Assembly (NCBI RefSeq): GCF_001194135.2 | Contig: NC_068981.1 | Span: 120,035,841 to 120,099,840 of the forward strand | DNA from: Octopus bimaculoides | Lineage: Eukaryota | Direction: 5' to 3' | DNA: 64,000 nucleotides | Shown here: positions 1 through 13,090 of the stretch, in pieces | Layout of the letters: every line of letters starts with the position of its first letter | Numbering within the stretch: the first letter of the stretch is position 1 | Program-made: the position numbers and the translations under genes | The notes under the pieces: model-generated | Told to the model about the DNA's origin: nothing | Databases searched by the model: none | The model's input: only the letters and a program-made list of their open reading frames with translations

Positions 1-312
1 GATTGCAGCCATGCTGGGGCACCATGTTGAAGGGCTTAAACTTACTTTTCCTAATGATCTTATCCTAATGATCTTCTTTGAAGAACTGCTAAGTTATGGA
101 GACATAAGCAAACCAACACTGGTTGTCAAGTGGCAATCTCAGGACAAACACTAAATAATAAAGACATACACACATATAAAACGGGCTTCTTTCAGTTTCT
201 GTGTATCAAATCCACTCATAAGGCTTTGTTGGCAAGGTCCTGCACAGTGGGACTGAACACAAAACCTCAAAGTTGGGAAGAAAACTTCCTACCCAAACAG
301 TCACACCAGTGT
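1..312 (-). mobile_element. tRNA-head SINE, family A (CORE-like)
   Basis: Reverse complement of the 39545-39921 copy with an internal deletion. Confidence 0.75.
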
Positions 313-339
313 CTATTATGAAAATTCTATACTATCATT

Positions 340-540
340 GATTTCAAATTTTGGCACAAGGCTAGCAATTTCAGGGGATGGGGTAAGTTGATTACACTGA
401 CCCCAATACTCAACTGGTACTTATTTTATCAACCCCAAAAGGACAAATCGGCAGAATTTGAACTCAGAATGTGAAGGCAAATAAAATACCAGTAAGCAGT
501 TTGCCTGCTATGCTAATAACTCTGCTAGCTCACTGCATTA
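340..540 (-). mobile_element. tRNA-head SINE, family B (core resembles the Meta/MESC domain)
   Basis: Reverse complement of the ...ctgagttcaaat...cctttcatcct...gataaaataagtaccagttg... family. Confidence 0.8.
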
Positions 541-849
541 ACTTCAATACTATTATTGCCATCATACTATGAAGAAACAAGTTTTGGAGGCTTTCCTAAA
601 GTCAAATAACAATTTCCATTTCTATAATTTCTATAAACCAAAATGAATTCTCAAACAGATTTATTTGACAGACTATCTCCAATTTGACTAAATTAACTCT
701 GACTGCTGCATTTATGTCAGAATATTTCTAATTGTAAACTAAAATTTTATTTCCTTTTTCTGCTCAAATCCCCAATAAAACTGAAAATTATGCAATAAAA
801 TCTGAAATAATAACAATAATAATAATCATCTGGAAATGCAATAACTCAC

Positions 850-1125
850 CAGCTTCTGGCTAAGTTCATCACTAAGATTTTCATTTTCTTTATTTTTATT
901 CTCAACCTCTTGAGACTTTTGATCATAATTCATAGCCAACTCTTCAAGGGCTTGCAAGACTTCTTTCACTTCATCTTTAGCAGATTCATTATCAGATTGA
1001 ATACGTGACATTTCTTGCTGTAGATTTTCATAGTCTTTACGAGACTGAGAAATTAATTCTTCCTGTTCCATCATCTGTTCATTTAATTTCTCTATTAACT
1101 GAGACTGGTTGTTGATCTCATCATC
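850..1125 (-). CDS. Khc: Khc exon 13 (276 nt, [10 protein letters not shown]...DELSQKL; coil 1)
   Basis: Acceptor ATGCAG|GAT, donor CTG|GTGAGT. Confidence 0.95.
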
Positions 1126-1495
1126 CTGCATTAAAATAGTTCAACTTTACTAACCATTGACATAGTTTACACATCAACCCATTAGCCTATTTAAGTAATC
1201 TAACAGTAATTAAATTGCTCAACAAAAACTATTAGCACCAGCACTCCTAATCACATTTGCATAATTTATGCCTTTTTACAATCATAAAAATTTATAAACT
1301 GAGTTTGATTTAATTTATATCATAGTATCCAAAAATTAAAATCACTTTTACTTTAGTTCTTATCAAAGTACAATAGACTGAATGAAGAATTCTCTTTCCA
1401 CCCATTTATCTAGAACATCTAAATAAACATCATTCCACTAACAAATACAAATTTATTTATGTGTGCATTTGTAAATGCTTTTATTTTACATTTTG

Positions 1496-1526
<31 letters not shown>

Positions 1527-1801
1527 AAAAACTGTGCTATTTTGGAAGAGAAATCATTAACAATAATAAACAGAAATACGTTTTTTCACTGTTTTACTAC
1601 TTATTAGATTTTGTTGTTAGTATCATGTAACAACAATAAAATAAATAAAACCCAAATGTATAATAACCACACTCCGTGCGCGTGTTTAGATCTTACAAAA
1701 TACAAACTTTTCAGATTTCATAAAACTAACATACAAAACAACTGCTAGCATGTTGTGCTGGTAATAAGTGCACGGTAAAATAAAAGTATAAACAAATTTA
1801 C

Positions 1802-1974
1802 TTTATCATCAAGTTGTTGATACAGTTTCAATCGTTCTTCTTCTAATTGGCTACGATCACCTTCATTCATAGATACAACCATATTTCCAGCTAGGCTGGT
1901 TGTGCTGGTAGCAGGAGACTCTGCAGGAATATCTGCTTTCAGATCAACTTGGTCATCAACAGATACAGGTTGAC
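1802..1974 (-). CDS. Khc: Khc exon 12 (173 nt, GQPVSVDDQV...LYQQLDDK; hinge 1)
   Basis: Acceptor TTTTAG|GT, donor AAA|GTAAAT. Confidence 0.94.
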
Positions 1975-3485
1975 CTAAAACAAGATCACATATAAACATA
2001 TAAATTTATTACTAATTGTTTTTTTCATTCATAGCTTATTAAGTAGATATTTCATTTATTAGTGTCAGATGAACAAAATTAAGGTAAGATTAAATAAAAT
2101 AGGTACTAATTTAAAACAAATGAAGAACAGACCTACTGACAGGACTCCCAGTCTGTACATATATATCACTCACCAGGCAATTGTGTTACCTAATCACTCT
2201 ACGGAGAGCATGTCAATGCCTTTCTTAAAAATCTAGTTTGTGTTTTTTAACTGTGCTACAGCATCTTTATAAAATGTTGTTAGTTAGCAAGACAATTTAA
2301 ACACCATAAACAAATATCATATACAATGCTGTACAATATAAATAAGTGCATTACTTTGGTTTGAAGTCTACAATGAGAAAAGCACTACATGTTCTACCAG
2401 TTCAATATTCTGTTTCTGAACAATTTAGAATGATTTTTAATGCCTACTATGAATAAATTATACAGAAAACATCTTAACCTCTTCAATTCTGAATTGTAGA
2501 TCAGATAAGTGGAAAGCTTGTGCTAACAGGATTATTTTAATTTCTAAAATTTATGGGTCTTTTCAAGCACAATGTAAGATATTTTTAAGGTGACGGATGT
2601 AGTGAAATGAAGGAATTCCAATATACTGCTGGTACATAACTTATTTTATTGACACCAAAAATAAGATAAAATTCAAGCTTAGAAAATTTAGTTCATCATT
2701 TTATTATTGCTGCCAATTTATCACTCATATCCTTTCTAAAATTAAGACAATTTTTTTTAGTTAACTGAATTCAAAGCCAACATAGATTCTAATTACTTTA
2801 GATTTTTGACAATGTTTTTCTTCTAAATGTAAACAAGTTTCAGAGAAACAAATTTAATATGAAAGAAGACATGGAAACACTCATTTCTCAATCAATGAGC
2901 AATTTTTTTTTAGATTCTTCTAGTAATTCATGCAAGTGATTAAACATATCCTACCAGAACAATTCAAATCTTATATATGCTTCTATCAATGTAACTGACA
3001 AAATACACTATATAAACTTGAAATACAGAAATGAACATTAAAAAAATTGAAGATAACAGAGAAGATAATAGAAATAACTTGCTTCTAGACTATTACTAAT
3101 GTAAAAAGGCTCAACATTTTCATAATCCTATATTTTATGAAATGCTACTAAGTGTCTTCTATACTGAGAATCTCTGGATCTCATCTGTTGTCTATAACAG
3201 AGAATTTAGAAGGGTTTGATAAAATAACTAATTTTGTTATAATCAAGCTGATGTTTTTAGCAAAAAGGACGGGCAATTTAAAATAAGAAGCTCCCAATCA
3301 AAGAATAGAGAGGATCTCATACAAGTTAATATCAAATGGGCTGAGTAAGCAAGTGCATATGTATACACACAGATTCTAAATAAAGAGTGAATAAATCATT
3401 GAACATTGATCTTAAAATAGATTTTATACTATCTGAACATTTTGTAAGTCAAAACAGAAGAAAATTTTAGAAAAATGTATCTTAC

Positions 3486-3634
3486 CAGTTCTCCATTTCT
3501 GTAATTCACTCTCTAATCGTGCCAATGTAGCCTTCAATTTGGTACATTTTTCTTTTTCCTTCTCATATCTTCTCTTCCATTCATCAGCTGTCAATTCTTC
3601 ATTGACAGACACAACATTCTTGATTGTCTTGGCT
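3486..3634 (-). CDS. Khc: Khc exon 11 (149 nt, [28 protein letters not shown]...LQKWRT; neck linker and neck coil)
   Basis: Acceptor TACAG|A, donor G|GTAAGA. Confidence 0.96.
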
Positions 3635-5006
3635 CTGTAAAATACACGAGAAATACAAGATTACATTTTGCAAATAAAATATATAATTAATTATCACATA
3701 GTTCATGTAAATACTTGAATTTACAACACTAAACAATTATTGATAGCAGAGAAAGCAAAATGAAAATGTATCTGATCAAGTGTCGCAAATGTTTGGTGAC
3801 ATATACATTAGAACATTATTTTTATTGATTAATACCACATTTTAATTTTATGCCAACTGAAAGAAAAAGAGAATTATAAAAATTCTATATAGCATGTGTG
3901 ACTCATTTGTTTGCAAGTATTCCCCGCAAGTCAGCCTTGTAAGTCCTCTTGTTTTCAAAGCAACACTCATAAGGAGATTTAAAATCAGCATTGTAAAGTA
4001 ACCAGTTGCATTTCTGTATTGCTTCCAGCTGAAGGCTTAGATTTAGAAGTAGGTGTATGGAGACTTTTATGTTTGTTTTAGAAGTGTTGTAACCATCAGA
4101 TATTGTTTAGTGCTCATGATGGGATATTAGTAGTGGATTCTTAAGTTTAAAGTCTGACACCTTATCAATTCAGCTCTCAGATTATAAATACCCTAATACC
4201 AGTTTGGATGACTAATAGTCACTAAAGTATCAATTTGTCTAATTCTGATTTGAAGAAAAAAAAAAAGTGTGAAAAAAACTTGGCCTCAGAAATGATAATT
4301 TCAGTTTATTTGTTTAGATTTTAGGGGAGATTATCTGTGGTTATAGAGGCAAGGAAGCCATTCTTTTTAAATCATCAAAATTCAGATACATGAAACCTAA
4401 ATTATTGTTTAAAAATCACACTAAAATATTATCTATCTATGGTAAGCCTATACCTTGAGAGGAGTTATAAGTATTGAATGCCTTGTGATACACCTCAAAA
4501 CTGGACATCAGACAATCATATGAATGTTATAAACTAATTTTCAAATATCAAATACTTTTTATGGGAGAACTATAACAACTGTCAGTATCTTAGAAAAAAA
4601 GCTGATCTTTTCAAACAGTGACAAATATTTTGACATTAATACTAATCCTCACTAAACTTGTGATATTTATCTTCTACATATTGGAATTCAAATAGGTACT
4701 TTTTGGAGGTCCAGTTTTATAACAATATCTTTACCATCAAACAATATAAGTGTGATACTTGTACAATTTTTTTTTCAACTATACTTTAAAAATGAAATAA
4801 ATAAAGGTGGCGGGAGCAGTTTCACAATAGCATTGGACTTTACGCAAAGTTCTTTACACCCATGTTTCATAGCTGGAATTAAATTGAAAATGTTTTCCTA
4901 TGCTTAATATTCAGAAATTAAAAGCTAGTTGATATTCAATACAGATGGTTATAATTGTAAAAAAAAAAAATAGAAAAGGTAAAGAAAAAAATAAATATCT
5001 GCTTAC

Positions 5007-5155
5007 CTTTGACCAAAAAGTAAAGTGGATTTTGTCTCAGATTCATTATAAGAGGCAGGGGAGCAACAGATAACCATTGTAGTTCGAGCATTACCACCCA
5101 AACTTTCTTGCAAAATTCTGGTTAATTTACTATCTCTGTATGGTACATGTGATTT
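5007..5155 (-). CDS. Khc: Khc exon 10 (149 nt, [50 protein letters not shown])
   Basis: Acceptor TCACAG|AAA, donor AG|GTAAGC; not in the ORF track. Confidence 0.97.
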
Positions 5156-5494
5156 CTGTGAGAAACAGGTAATCAAGTAAAAACATTTTTAAATGTATTA
5201 ATAAAAGAGAGATTTACAATCATTGAAAATTTATTCATTTGAAATAATTCAAAAACAGTTAATTAAACTGGTAATGAGTATGATGGTCAAAAGTGATACA
5301 TATTTGGAGGAGAGCTGCCATTATGTGACAGGGTAATTCATCATTTTAACTGTACCAATGGAATTCAATAAGTGACAAATACAGCAAATACTCCTCTGAA
5401 CATCAATGAATAGGAAAAGAAAAGAGAGAAAGTAGGAGACTGGAACTATTAAAATTATCAACACTAATAGGTTACTTGAATACATTTTTGTTGA

Positions 5495-5700
5495 TAATCC
5501 TTCCTACTATAGGCACAAGGGCTGAAATTTTGGAGGATAGGGCTTGTCAACCCCAGTGCTCAACTGGTACTGATTTCATCAACCCAGAAAGGATGAAAAG
5601 CAAAGTTGACCATGGCAGAATTTGAACTCAGAATGTAAAGATGAACAAAATTCCACTAAGCAGGTTGTTAGGCATGCTGATAATTCTGCCAGCTTGCCAT
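5495..5700 (-). mobile_element. Family B SINE
   Basis: Same consensus motifs. Confidence 0.85.
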
Positions 5701-5704
5701 TTTA

Positions 5705-5932
<228 letters not shown>

Positions 5933-6163
5933 CTACAAAAGCAAGAAAATAACTCAAATTATAAAACAAAAACAGAAAAGAATAAAAAAAGTTCTGTTCA
6001 TTTCATGCCATTCGTATTTTTGACAGGTTCAAATGTTTATCCCCACCCCACCACACACAAATTTAGAAAGAGCCTTATTAAATGTAAATGAAATAACAGT
6101 TCTAAATATTGTCAGCTGTTTTTCTAGTGAATAATACTCAAAGGCTACCTATAATTCTTCAGG

Positions 6164-6494
6164 CATCATCATCATCATCCTTTAGCATCCATTTGTCCAT
6201 GCTGGCATGGGTTGGATGATGTGACCAGGGCTGGTAAGCTGAGGGGCTGCACCAGACTCCAGTCTGATTTGGCATGGTTTCTACAGCTGGATGCCCTTCC
6301 TAACGCCAACCACTCCAGGAGTGTAATGGGTGCATTTTATGTGCCACCAGTATGGGTGCCAATTGTGTGACACCAGTATCTGCCACAATTATGATTTCTC
6401 CTGGCTTGGTGGATCTTCCTTTTCAAACACAGCATATTGCCAAAGGTCTCAGTCATTTGTCATTGCCTCCATGAGGCCTAGCGCTCGAAAGGTG
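6164..6494 (-). mobile_element. RTE-type LINE 3' end (5'-truncated) with (GAT)n tail
   Basis: Shares ggcgttaggaagggcatccagctgtagaaa and ccatgc(c/t)agcatgg with the ORF2-bearing copy at 31248-31778. Confidence 0.85.
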
Positions 6495-6723
6495 TTGTAG
6501 AAACTTAATTCATATGCATATATGCATAGATTGCAAGATTTGGACCAGGTGGTGCATCATGTTCTTGAGTAAAACACTTCATTTCACTCTTTCTGCAATC
6601 ACTTCAACAACTGATGTGTGGCATACTGTGCACCTGTTCAGGTAACATCAATTTGATGGAGAGCGTGAGCTAATGTACAGGACAAACACTTACTCACTAT
6701 AAGCAAATCATCTATGCAGGTTA

Positions 6724-6975
<252 letters not shown>

Positions 6976-7398
6976 TTATTAGGATATTCAATATCTAAAT
7001 AATTTAAAATATATAAGATAATTAATATTTAATAACATCATTTAAAGCTTTCCAATTTAAATAATTAGTGTAGTATATTTAATAGACCATCAAATTCTTG
7101 AAATGTTATAATGAAATAATTTAATGCATATATACATACACCACAAAATACTTGCTCACTATAAATTGAATTCTAACATTTTCTTCAAACCATTCACACT
7201 TGTTGAAACAAATAAAGGTGAATCCATCAAAAGATCTTAATCATGTATATACAAAACAATAACAAGAATGTAAGCTACTACATCTAATATATGATGTTAT
7301 AAGTCATCATATGTCAGATGGTAATGACAGAAGAATTATTATCCATTGAAAAGTCATCATTATTCTATTAATGCCCTCTCAAAAGTAAGTACACTTAC

Positions 7399-7486
7399 TT
7401 GTCACAGCTACGTGTCTGTTGTTTTTGCCTTCATCTATGACCTCCATGACCTCTTCGGGGCTAGATACAAATCTCTCTGTTGCTCC
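7399..7486 (-). CDS. Khc: Khc exon 7 (88 nt, [29 protein letters not shown])
   Basis: Acceptor TTTTAAAG|GGA, donor A|GTAAGT. Confidence 0.95.
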
Positions 7487-7612
7487 CTTTAAAACAAAAG
7501 GGGCAGAAAAAAATAAATTTCAAAATTTAGAAGATACAATAAAAATATAAATTTCAATAAAATAGGTAAAATATTTAGATAAATGAGAATTTTGGCATAA
7601 ACTTTCACATAC

Positions 7613-7668
7613 CTTAACATATGGGACACGGTTTTTGTCTTCATGGACAGAAAGGTTAGTTTTAGTAA
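7613..7668 (-). CDS. Khc: Khc exon 6 (56 nt, VTKTNLSVHEDKNRVPYVK)
   Basis: Acceptor TTTCAG|TT, donor AAG|GTATGT. Confidence 0.95.
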
Positions 7669-8082
7669 CTGAAATGGAAAATGATAAGCTTTTGCTTTAG
7701 GTATGAAAATACAAACCATGGATGAAATCAAAGAAACTTATAAGAATTGGGTCACCCGTTTTAATGAATAAGATTTTTAATTAATTAATGATTTTAGTAA
7801 ATACAAATTAAAATTTTATTGAAAAATAGAAGTTAAACTCATTTCTTTTATTAAAAACAATTTATGATAAACTAAAACCAATGGCTTAAGAAATTATCAA
7901 GAAAGAAAAAGAATCCATAATACACACACACACACACACAAGTACTATCACACAAATTTTACAATTTGATATTATGAAAGCAAAACAATAGTTGGAAATT
8001 CCCTAAATCCAAAAAGTCAAGGAACCATTCTCAGGATCTAACTACCAACAAAATATATATAAAATTTTCATTTAATATTTAC

Positions 8083-8131
8083 CATCTAACAGATCTCTGA
8101 TTTTGTCCAAATAAATTTCATAATATGAAAT
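8083..8131 (-). CDS. Khc: Khc exon 5 (49 nt, ISYYEIYLDKIRDLLD)
   Basis: Acceptor TATAG|ATT, donor G|GTAAAT. Confidence 0.95.
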
Positions 8132-8809
8132 CTATAAATAATGAAAACAAAAAAAAAGAAAAAAAAAAAAATTAGACACATTATTCAAGAAACATTATTT
8201 CATAAGATTTAATATTGTAAATTTTATTATAAGTAAACAGGAAGAGTTCTCTCTTTTTAAATCATGTATTTTAATAAATATATGAAAGCTCTATAAAGGA
8301 AATTATAATTAATATTAATTTAAGATGAATTATTTTGCACAGTTCCTAATATATGAAAATAGTAAAAACAATATCTTTAATTAGCTAAGTTAGTTAATTG
8401 TATCCACTTTTGTCAAATAACTCAGCATGAGCTATTAGAATATAAACTCTTAGATATATATCATATTTTAATCATCTCTGAGCCTTTATATAAACATTGG
8501 AGAAAATTATTTAATAACAGTAACAAATTCTACTTGGCTTTAGTGAGTTCTATTAAAGTATTAGAAAGTCAGCAAGTCAAGCACACTGAAAGAGTAATGG
8601 TATGGCATGAAACGCCATAAAAATATCGATAGATTTTTCAACAAGTCTGAAATACATCAGCTTCTATCTTGCATGCTTAGAAAAGCATTCTTTGTATGTC
8701 AACATTTTTCTGATACAACAGACGTCAACTCACAATACAGGCCTAGTTTGAGACTGGACATTGATTAATAAGGAAAATGAATTAGATTAGTAGGAGAAAT
8801 GAATCTTAC

Positions 8810-8914
8810 CTTGATATGAAATTCCAAGTTCTCGTCCATCCCATAAATGTAATTGAAGATATCTTGCACAATACGTGGAATGATACCGTGCATTGAGGGT
8901 TTGTCAAGGACACC
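8810..8914 (-). CDS. Khc: Khc exon 4 (105 nt, [35 protein letters not shown])
   Basis: Acceptor TTTTAG|GGT, donor AAG|GTAAGA. Confidence 0.96.
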
Positions 8915-9684
8915 CTAAAAATTTCAAAGAAAGAACATAATAAATTGATAAAATTCAAAAGAAAGCCAAATTTGTTTAAACATATAAACCACTTTCTCAA
9001 ACCTTTTTCACAGCTATTTTTAATAAGCCAACCTCAGTTGGCAGGATCTTTGTATTCAAATACTTAATTGAAATACTAGAAATAAAGTCTTTATAACAGA
9101 AATATCCAGTTGTCAAGTTATAAATTTAGAGGCCCCTGTACATATGGATTTAATGTGACTGTGAAATTAGGCCTCACGAAGGCCTTTTAAACAATTTACA
9201 ATGAAGGTTGATCTAACTAGTTTCATTATTACTTGAAAGGTCATCAGGATCTGCTTCCTTCTTTCCAAACAACCAAGAATGTAAGTAAAGAGATAACTGT
9301 CTATTAAAATGCTAACATATGCAAGGTACAACTCATTGACACAACAAGATATGGTTGATGACTTCAAAAAAAATAATCTTCCAGTACTTATGTTCAGCAA
9401 CTTTGGAGAGAAACTTGAGTGAATACTGATAAATAATTACATATTAAAATTGGTCAGATCAATCCTTATTCCAAGCTAAACAGTTCCTAATGGATTCTAC
9501 AATCAATGAAGACTCGATACATATGGATGCAATTCATGTATCTATATTTGCAAAACTTTGCAAATTTGATTTCCAAATAGTTATTCTATACTGACAGAAT
9601 AACTGAGAAAACATGTGCGAGGAGGAACAGAAGATGCAGTAGACAACATTAAATAGAAGTGTTGATGAATACTGAGTACCAATA

Positions 9685-9900
9685 TCTTTTCTACTCTAGG
9701 TACAAGGCCCAAAATTTTTGGGGAAGGGGTCAGTCGATTAGATTGATCCCAGTACGCAACTGGTACTTAATTTATCAACCCCCAAAAGGATGAAAGGTAA
9801 AATCGACCTTGACAGAATTTGAACTCAGAACATAGACAGACGAAATACTGTTAAGCATTTCTCCTGACATGCTAACGTTTCTGCCAGCTCACCACCTTAC
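9685..9900 (-). mobile_element. Family B SINE
   Basis: Same consensus motifs. Confidence 0.85.
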
Positions 9901-10597
9901 TGAGTATCAATATCTATCTATCTTTTTATATGTGTGTGCATCAGTGTATCTCATTTTATTTCTGCTCTAGGAAAGTCACTTGAAACAAGCAGTTGTTGCT
10001 GTCACTCCTGACAGTAAGTCATCTGTTTGCTTTAAGCTTTTGAAAACATGTAAAATAAGAGATCCCTTATTTGAAAATCAGTTAACGGTTATAAGGGTGA
10101 GCAGTAAGAAGGGGATCCAGCTGTAAAACAATGCCTCAGTAATAGATACATCTAAACCATGCTAGCATGGAAAACAGAAATAGACCAAATGAATACAAAG
10201 GGTTTCTTTCAGTTTCCACTGGTTAGCCCAGGATTAGAGTAGGCACTTGCTGAAGGAGATGCACAATGGGATAATGAACTTCTTACCTACACAGCTATGA
10301 TATAAGTAAAACACACACTAATTACTTGGATAAAAATATACTTTGTTTTCCAGTTGATGTGATGTGCATAAATATTTATCACTTCTATGAGCACGCAAAC
10401 AACAAATGCAGGCAATGCAAATTAGACTAAAAATTGCAGCTGTAATAATGTTTTTCTTTCATTTAAATAGCTATTTGTAGTGGGGTCACTTTGTGGGAAG
10501 AGTAATGAAAACATACATGAACTATAACGAGTGGTCAACACATTCTGAAATACACACACACATATACCCACTCACCCAATATACACATACACACACG

Positions 10598-12360
10598 TCA
10601 TATTCATTTAATATCCTTCTTTCATGCTGGCATGGGTTGGATAGCTTGACAGGATCCAATGCGATGGAAGATAGCAGTGAGCTCCAATATCTGTTTTGGC
10701 ATGGTTTCTAATACTGGATAGCTTTCTTAATGGCAACCACTTTACAGAGTGTACTGGGTGCTTTTCTCACAACACCAGCACTAGTGAGGTCACCCACTAA
10801 CTTGCATGACAAAGAAAAAGATCCCTTAAATGAGTGGGATTGTGGTAGAGGTGGAGGTAGCCTCAGGCCAAGAGTTTAGAGGCTTAAGTATGATAGTGGG
10901 ACAAGCACAGGTGTCTTGCTGAAGAGAAGATATATGGCTACTCTGCATTATATAAGGGTGGGTGAGAGTAGCTGAAAAGAAGACAATGTAGTGGGGACAA
11001 GGTATCAGAGCATACTCTCAAGATACAAGAAGATGAGTGTATGAGAGAATAAGGACAAATAATCAGGAAGGTTGGTTGGATAGATGGCTAGAGATAGGTG
11101 TTTAGATGAATGTTAATGAATAGAACAAGGGTGGAGATGTGATCAGCAGTAAACATTAGTATAACGAGTGGGTGTGAAAAAATAAGAGTAACTCAGTAAG
11201 GAGGAGGTGGTAAATGGCAATAAAAGAAAGGAAGAGAGCAACAGTACAATAAACCTGTAGATATATCCGAAAATATGAAGATGATGTGAAAAGTGGGAGA
11301 GGGGACAGAGAGAGAGAGATATACTGAGATAGACATCAGAAATACATAGGGGTGGTTATAGTGAGGATGAAGGAAGTGCCATTGATGTTAACTATGATAG
11401 GGTGATTGCAGATAAGAGGTGTTAAAGATAAGGCATGGCAGCCCTGAGATGTATCTGTGAGAGAGAGAGAGAGAGGGGGGGGGGAGAAAGGGAAAGAGAG
11501 AGCAATTACTAGAGGCACAGAAAAGGTTGAATAAAGTGGGAATTGATGACACTGAGAATGCGAGATGGATTACAAAAGGAAGTGGTTCCAAGGAGAAAGA
11601 GAGGTTACTGGTAGTACAAAGAGATATGAGCTATGTGCATATTCTGCCTTCATATAATTACAACAGCTGAATAGTGCTATAGTTAGAGGAGCAGGGGATA
11701 GGTGTTAGAAGATGAGGACAGAAGGGGTACAAGGGTAGGGCCATACAAATGCAGTCTTAATCATTTGCACACTACACCCGATACCTCTTATGCCCAACTT
11801 TTCTCTGAAGTTTGTACTTTGCCATATATACAGAGACATTGCATATCCAAAGTATACTGGCTTCATTCTTTTCTAGTCTTTGCATACTTTCTGCATTCGG
11901 AGTCAACACCTCACACACCATGCAGCATTGCTGTTTATGCATAAGTATCATACAATCTGGCCTTCACCCTGAGAGGAAAACCTTTTGTTACCAACAGAAG
12001 TAAGAGCTTTCTGAATGTTCACCATCTTACTCTTGTTCTTGCAACTGTATTTTCAGAACATCCTCCTCCATTGCTAATTAGGTCACTTAAACAAAAACTA
12101 TCTACAACCTCTAGAGAACCTCCTGTACATTTGAGAAAATTTATGTACATAGTATTTATTACTACTGCACATCTGATCTGTTGCATACAAAATTTACTTT
12201 CTCTTGTTAACCTTCCTATGATCCCACTGCACTAGCTTGCGCTGAGTACAATTGTATGGAATTTCTACATACGTCTTTCCTACATATTAAGTAGGGCCAC
12301 ACTTCTACACTCAGAACTTTTTTCTTATTCTACTATAGATTCTAATAACACTCGGCAAAA
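10598..12360 (-). mobile_element. Old RTE-type LINE fragment with long 3' UTR
   Basis: 3' tail at 10598-10790; 11760-12360 aligns by eye to the ORF2 portion of the 13091-14240 copy; ~1 kb purine-rich (plus strand) stretch between them. Confidence 0.65.
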
Positions 12361-12487
12361 TATGATACACATAGCTGTGAAGACCAAAGTGAAAGGAGCC
12401 TAAATACATATTTACATATGTTTATTACATAGATAGATAGATAGATAGATAGATAGCCATACAAACACATGTATGTGTGCATGTCTA

Positions 12488-12950
12488 TCATCATTTAATG
12501 TCCGTTTTCCATGCTGGTATGATGTACTGGGCAGTTTGATAAGAGCTGGCAAGTCAGAAGACTACACTAAGTGTTGTCTACTTTGGTATGGTTTTTTTTA
12601 CAGCTGGATGCCAAAATAATAGTAAGAGTGTGTGTAACTGCTGGAGTGAGTGGAGTATCCAATGGTTTTGGCATAGTCTTGAGAGTAAAGATGACAAGAA
12701 GGAAATCAATGAAAGACAGCAAAGTTGTACACCTTCCATGTCTGAGAAGCTGACTGCACCTGATAGGGACTACAAGACTATTTGAGCATATATATGTAGG
12801 GAGTAGAAGAAAAGAGAAATGAAAGAAGGGAGAGAGAGGTGGGCAAATGTGTGGTGGTGGGAAAAATTGAGGTGAAAGTGAAGCTAAAGGATGAAAATAG
12901 GAATACTTAAGAGAAGGTGTAAGTGCAGAAAGAAAAGTGTGCATTTAAAT
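12488..12950 (-). mobile_element. RTE-type LINE 3' end, diverged
   Basis: tcatcatttaatgtccgttttccatgctgg...tacagctggatgcc tail motif. Confidence 0.65.
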
Positions 12951-13090
12951 CCATCAGTAGTCCAATTCCAAGTTTGAATATGAAACTGCGTCATCTGCTT
13001 CCTTAGATACTTTTTTAGATAACTATATCTATCAATATACTGTATATAATATACATATACACACACAAATATATAATTATACACACACGC

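Noticed and set aside
1-849. Searched for Khc exon 14 (expected STLNSLQ-like)
   Set aside because: Not found; the region is SINEs and intron, so the gene continues outside the window.
5255-5271. cagttaattaaactgg, similar to the K282 region
   Set aside because: Several mismatches, and it is a short self-palindromic AT motif.
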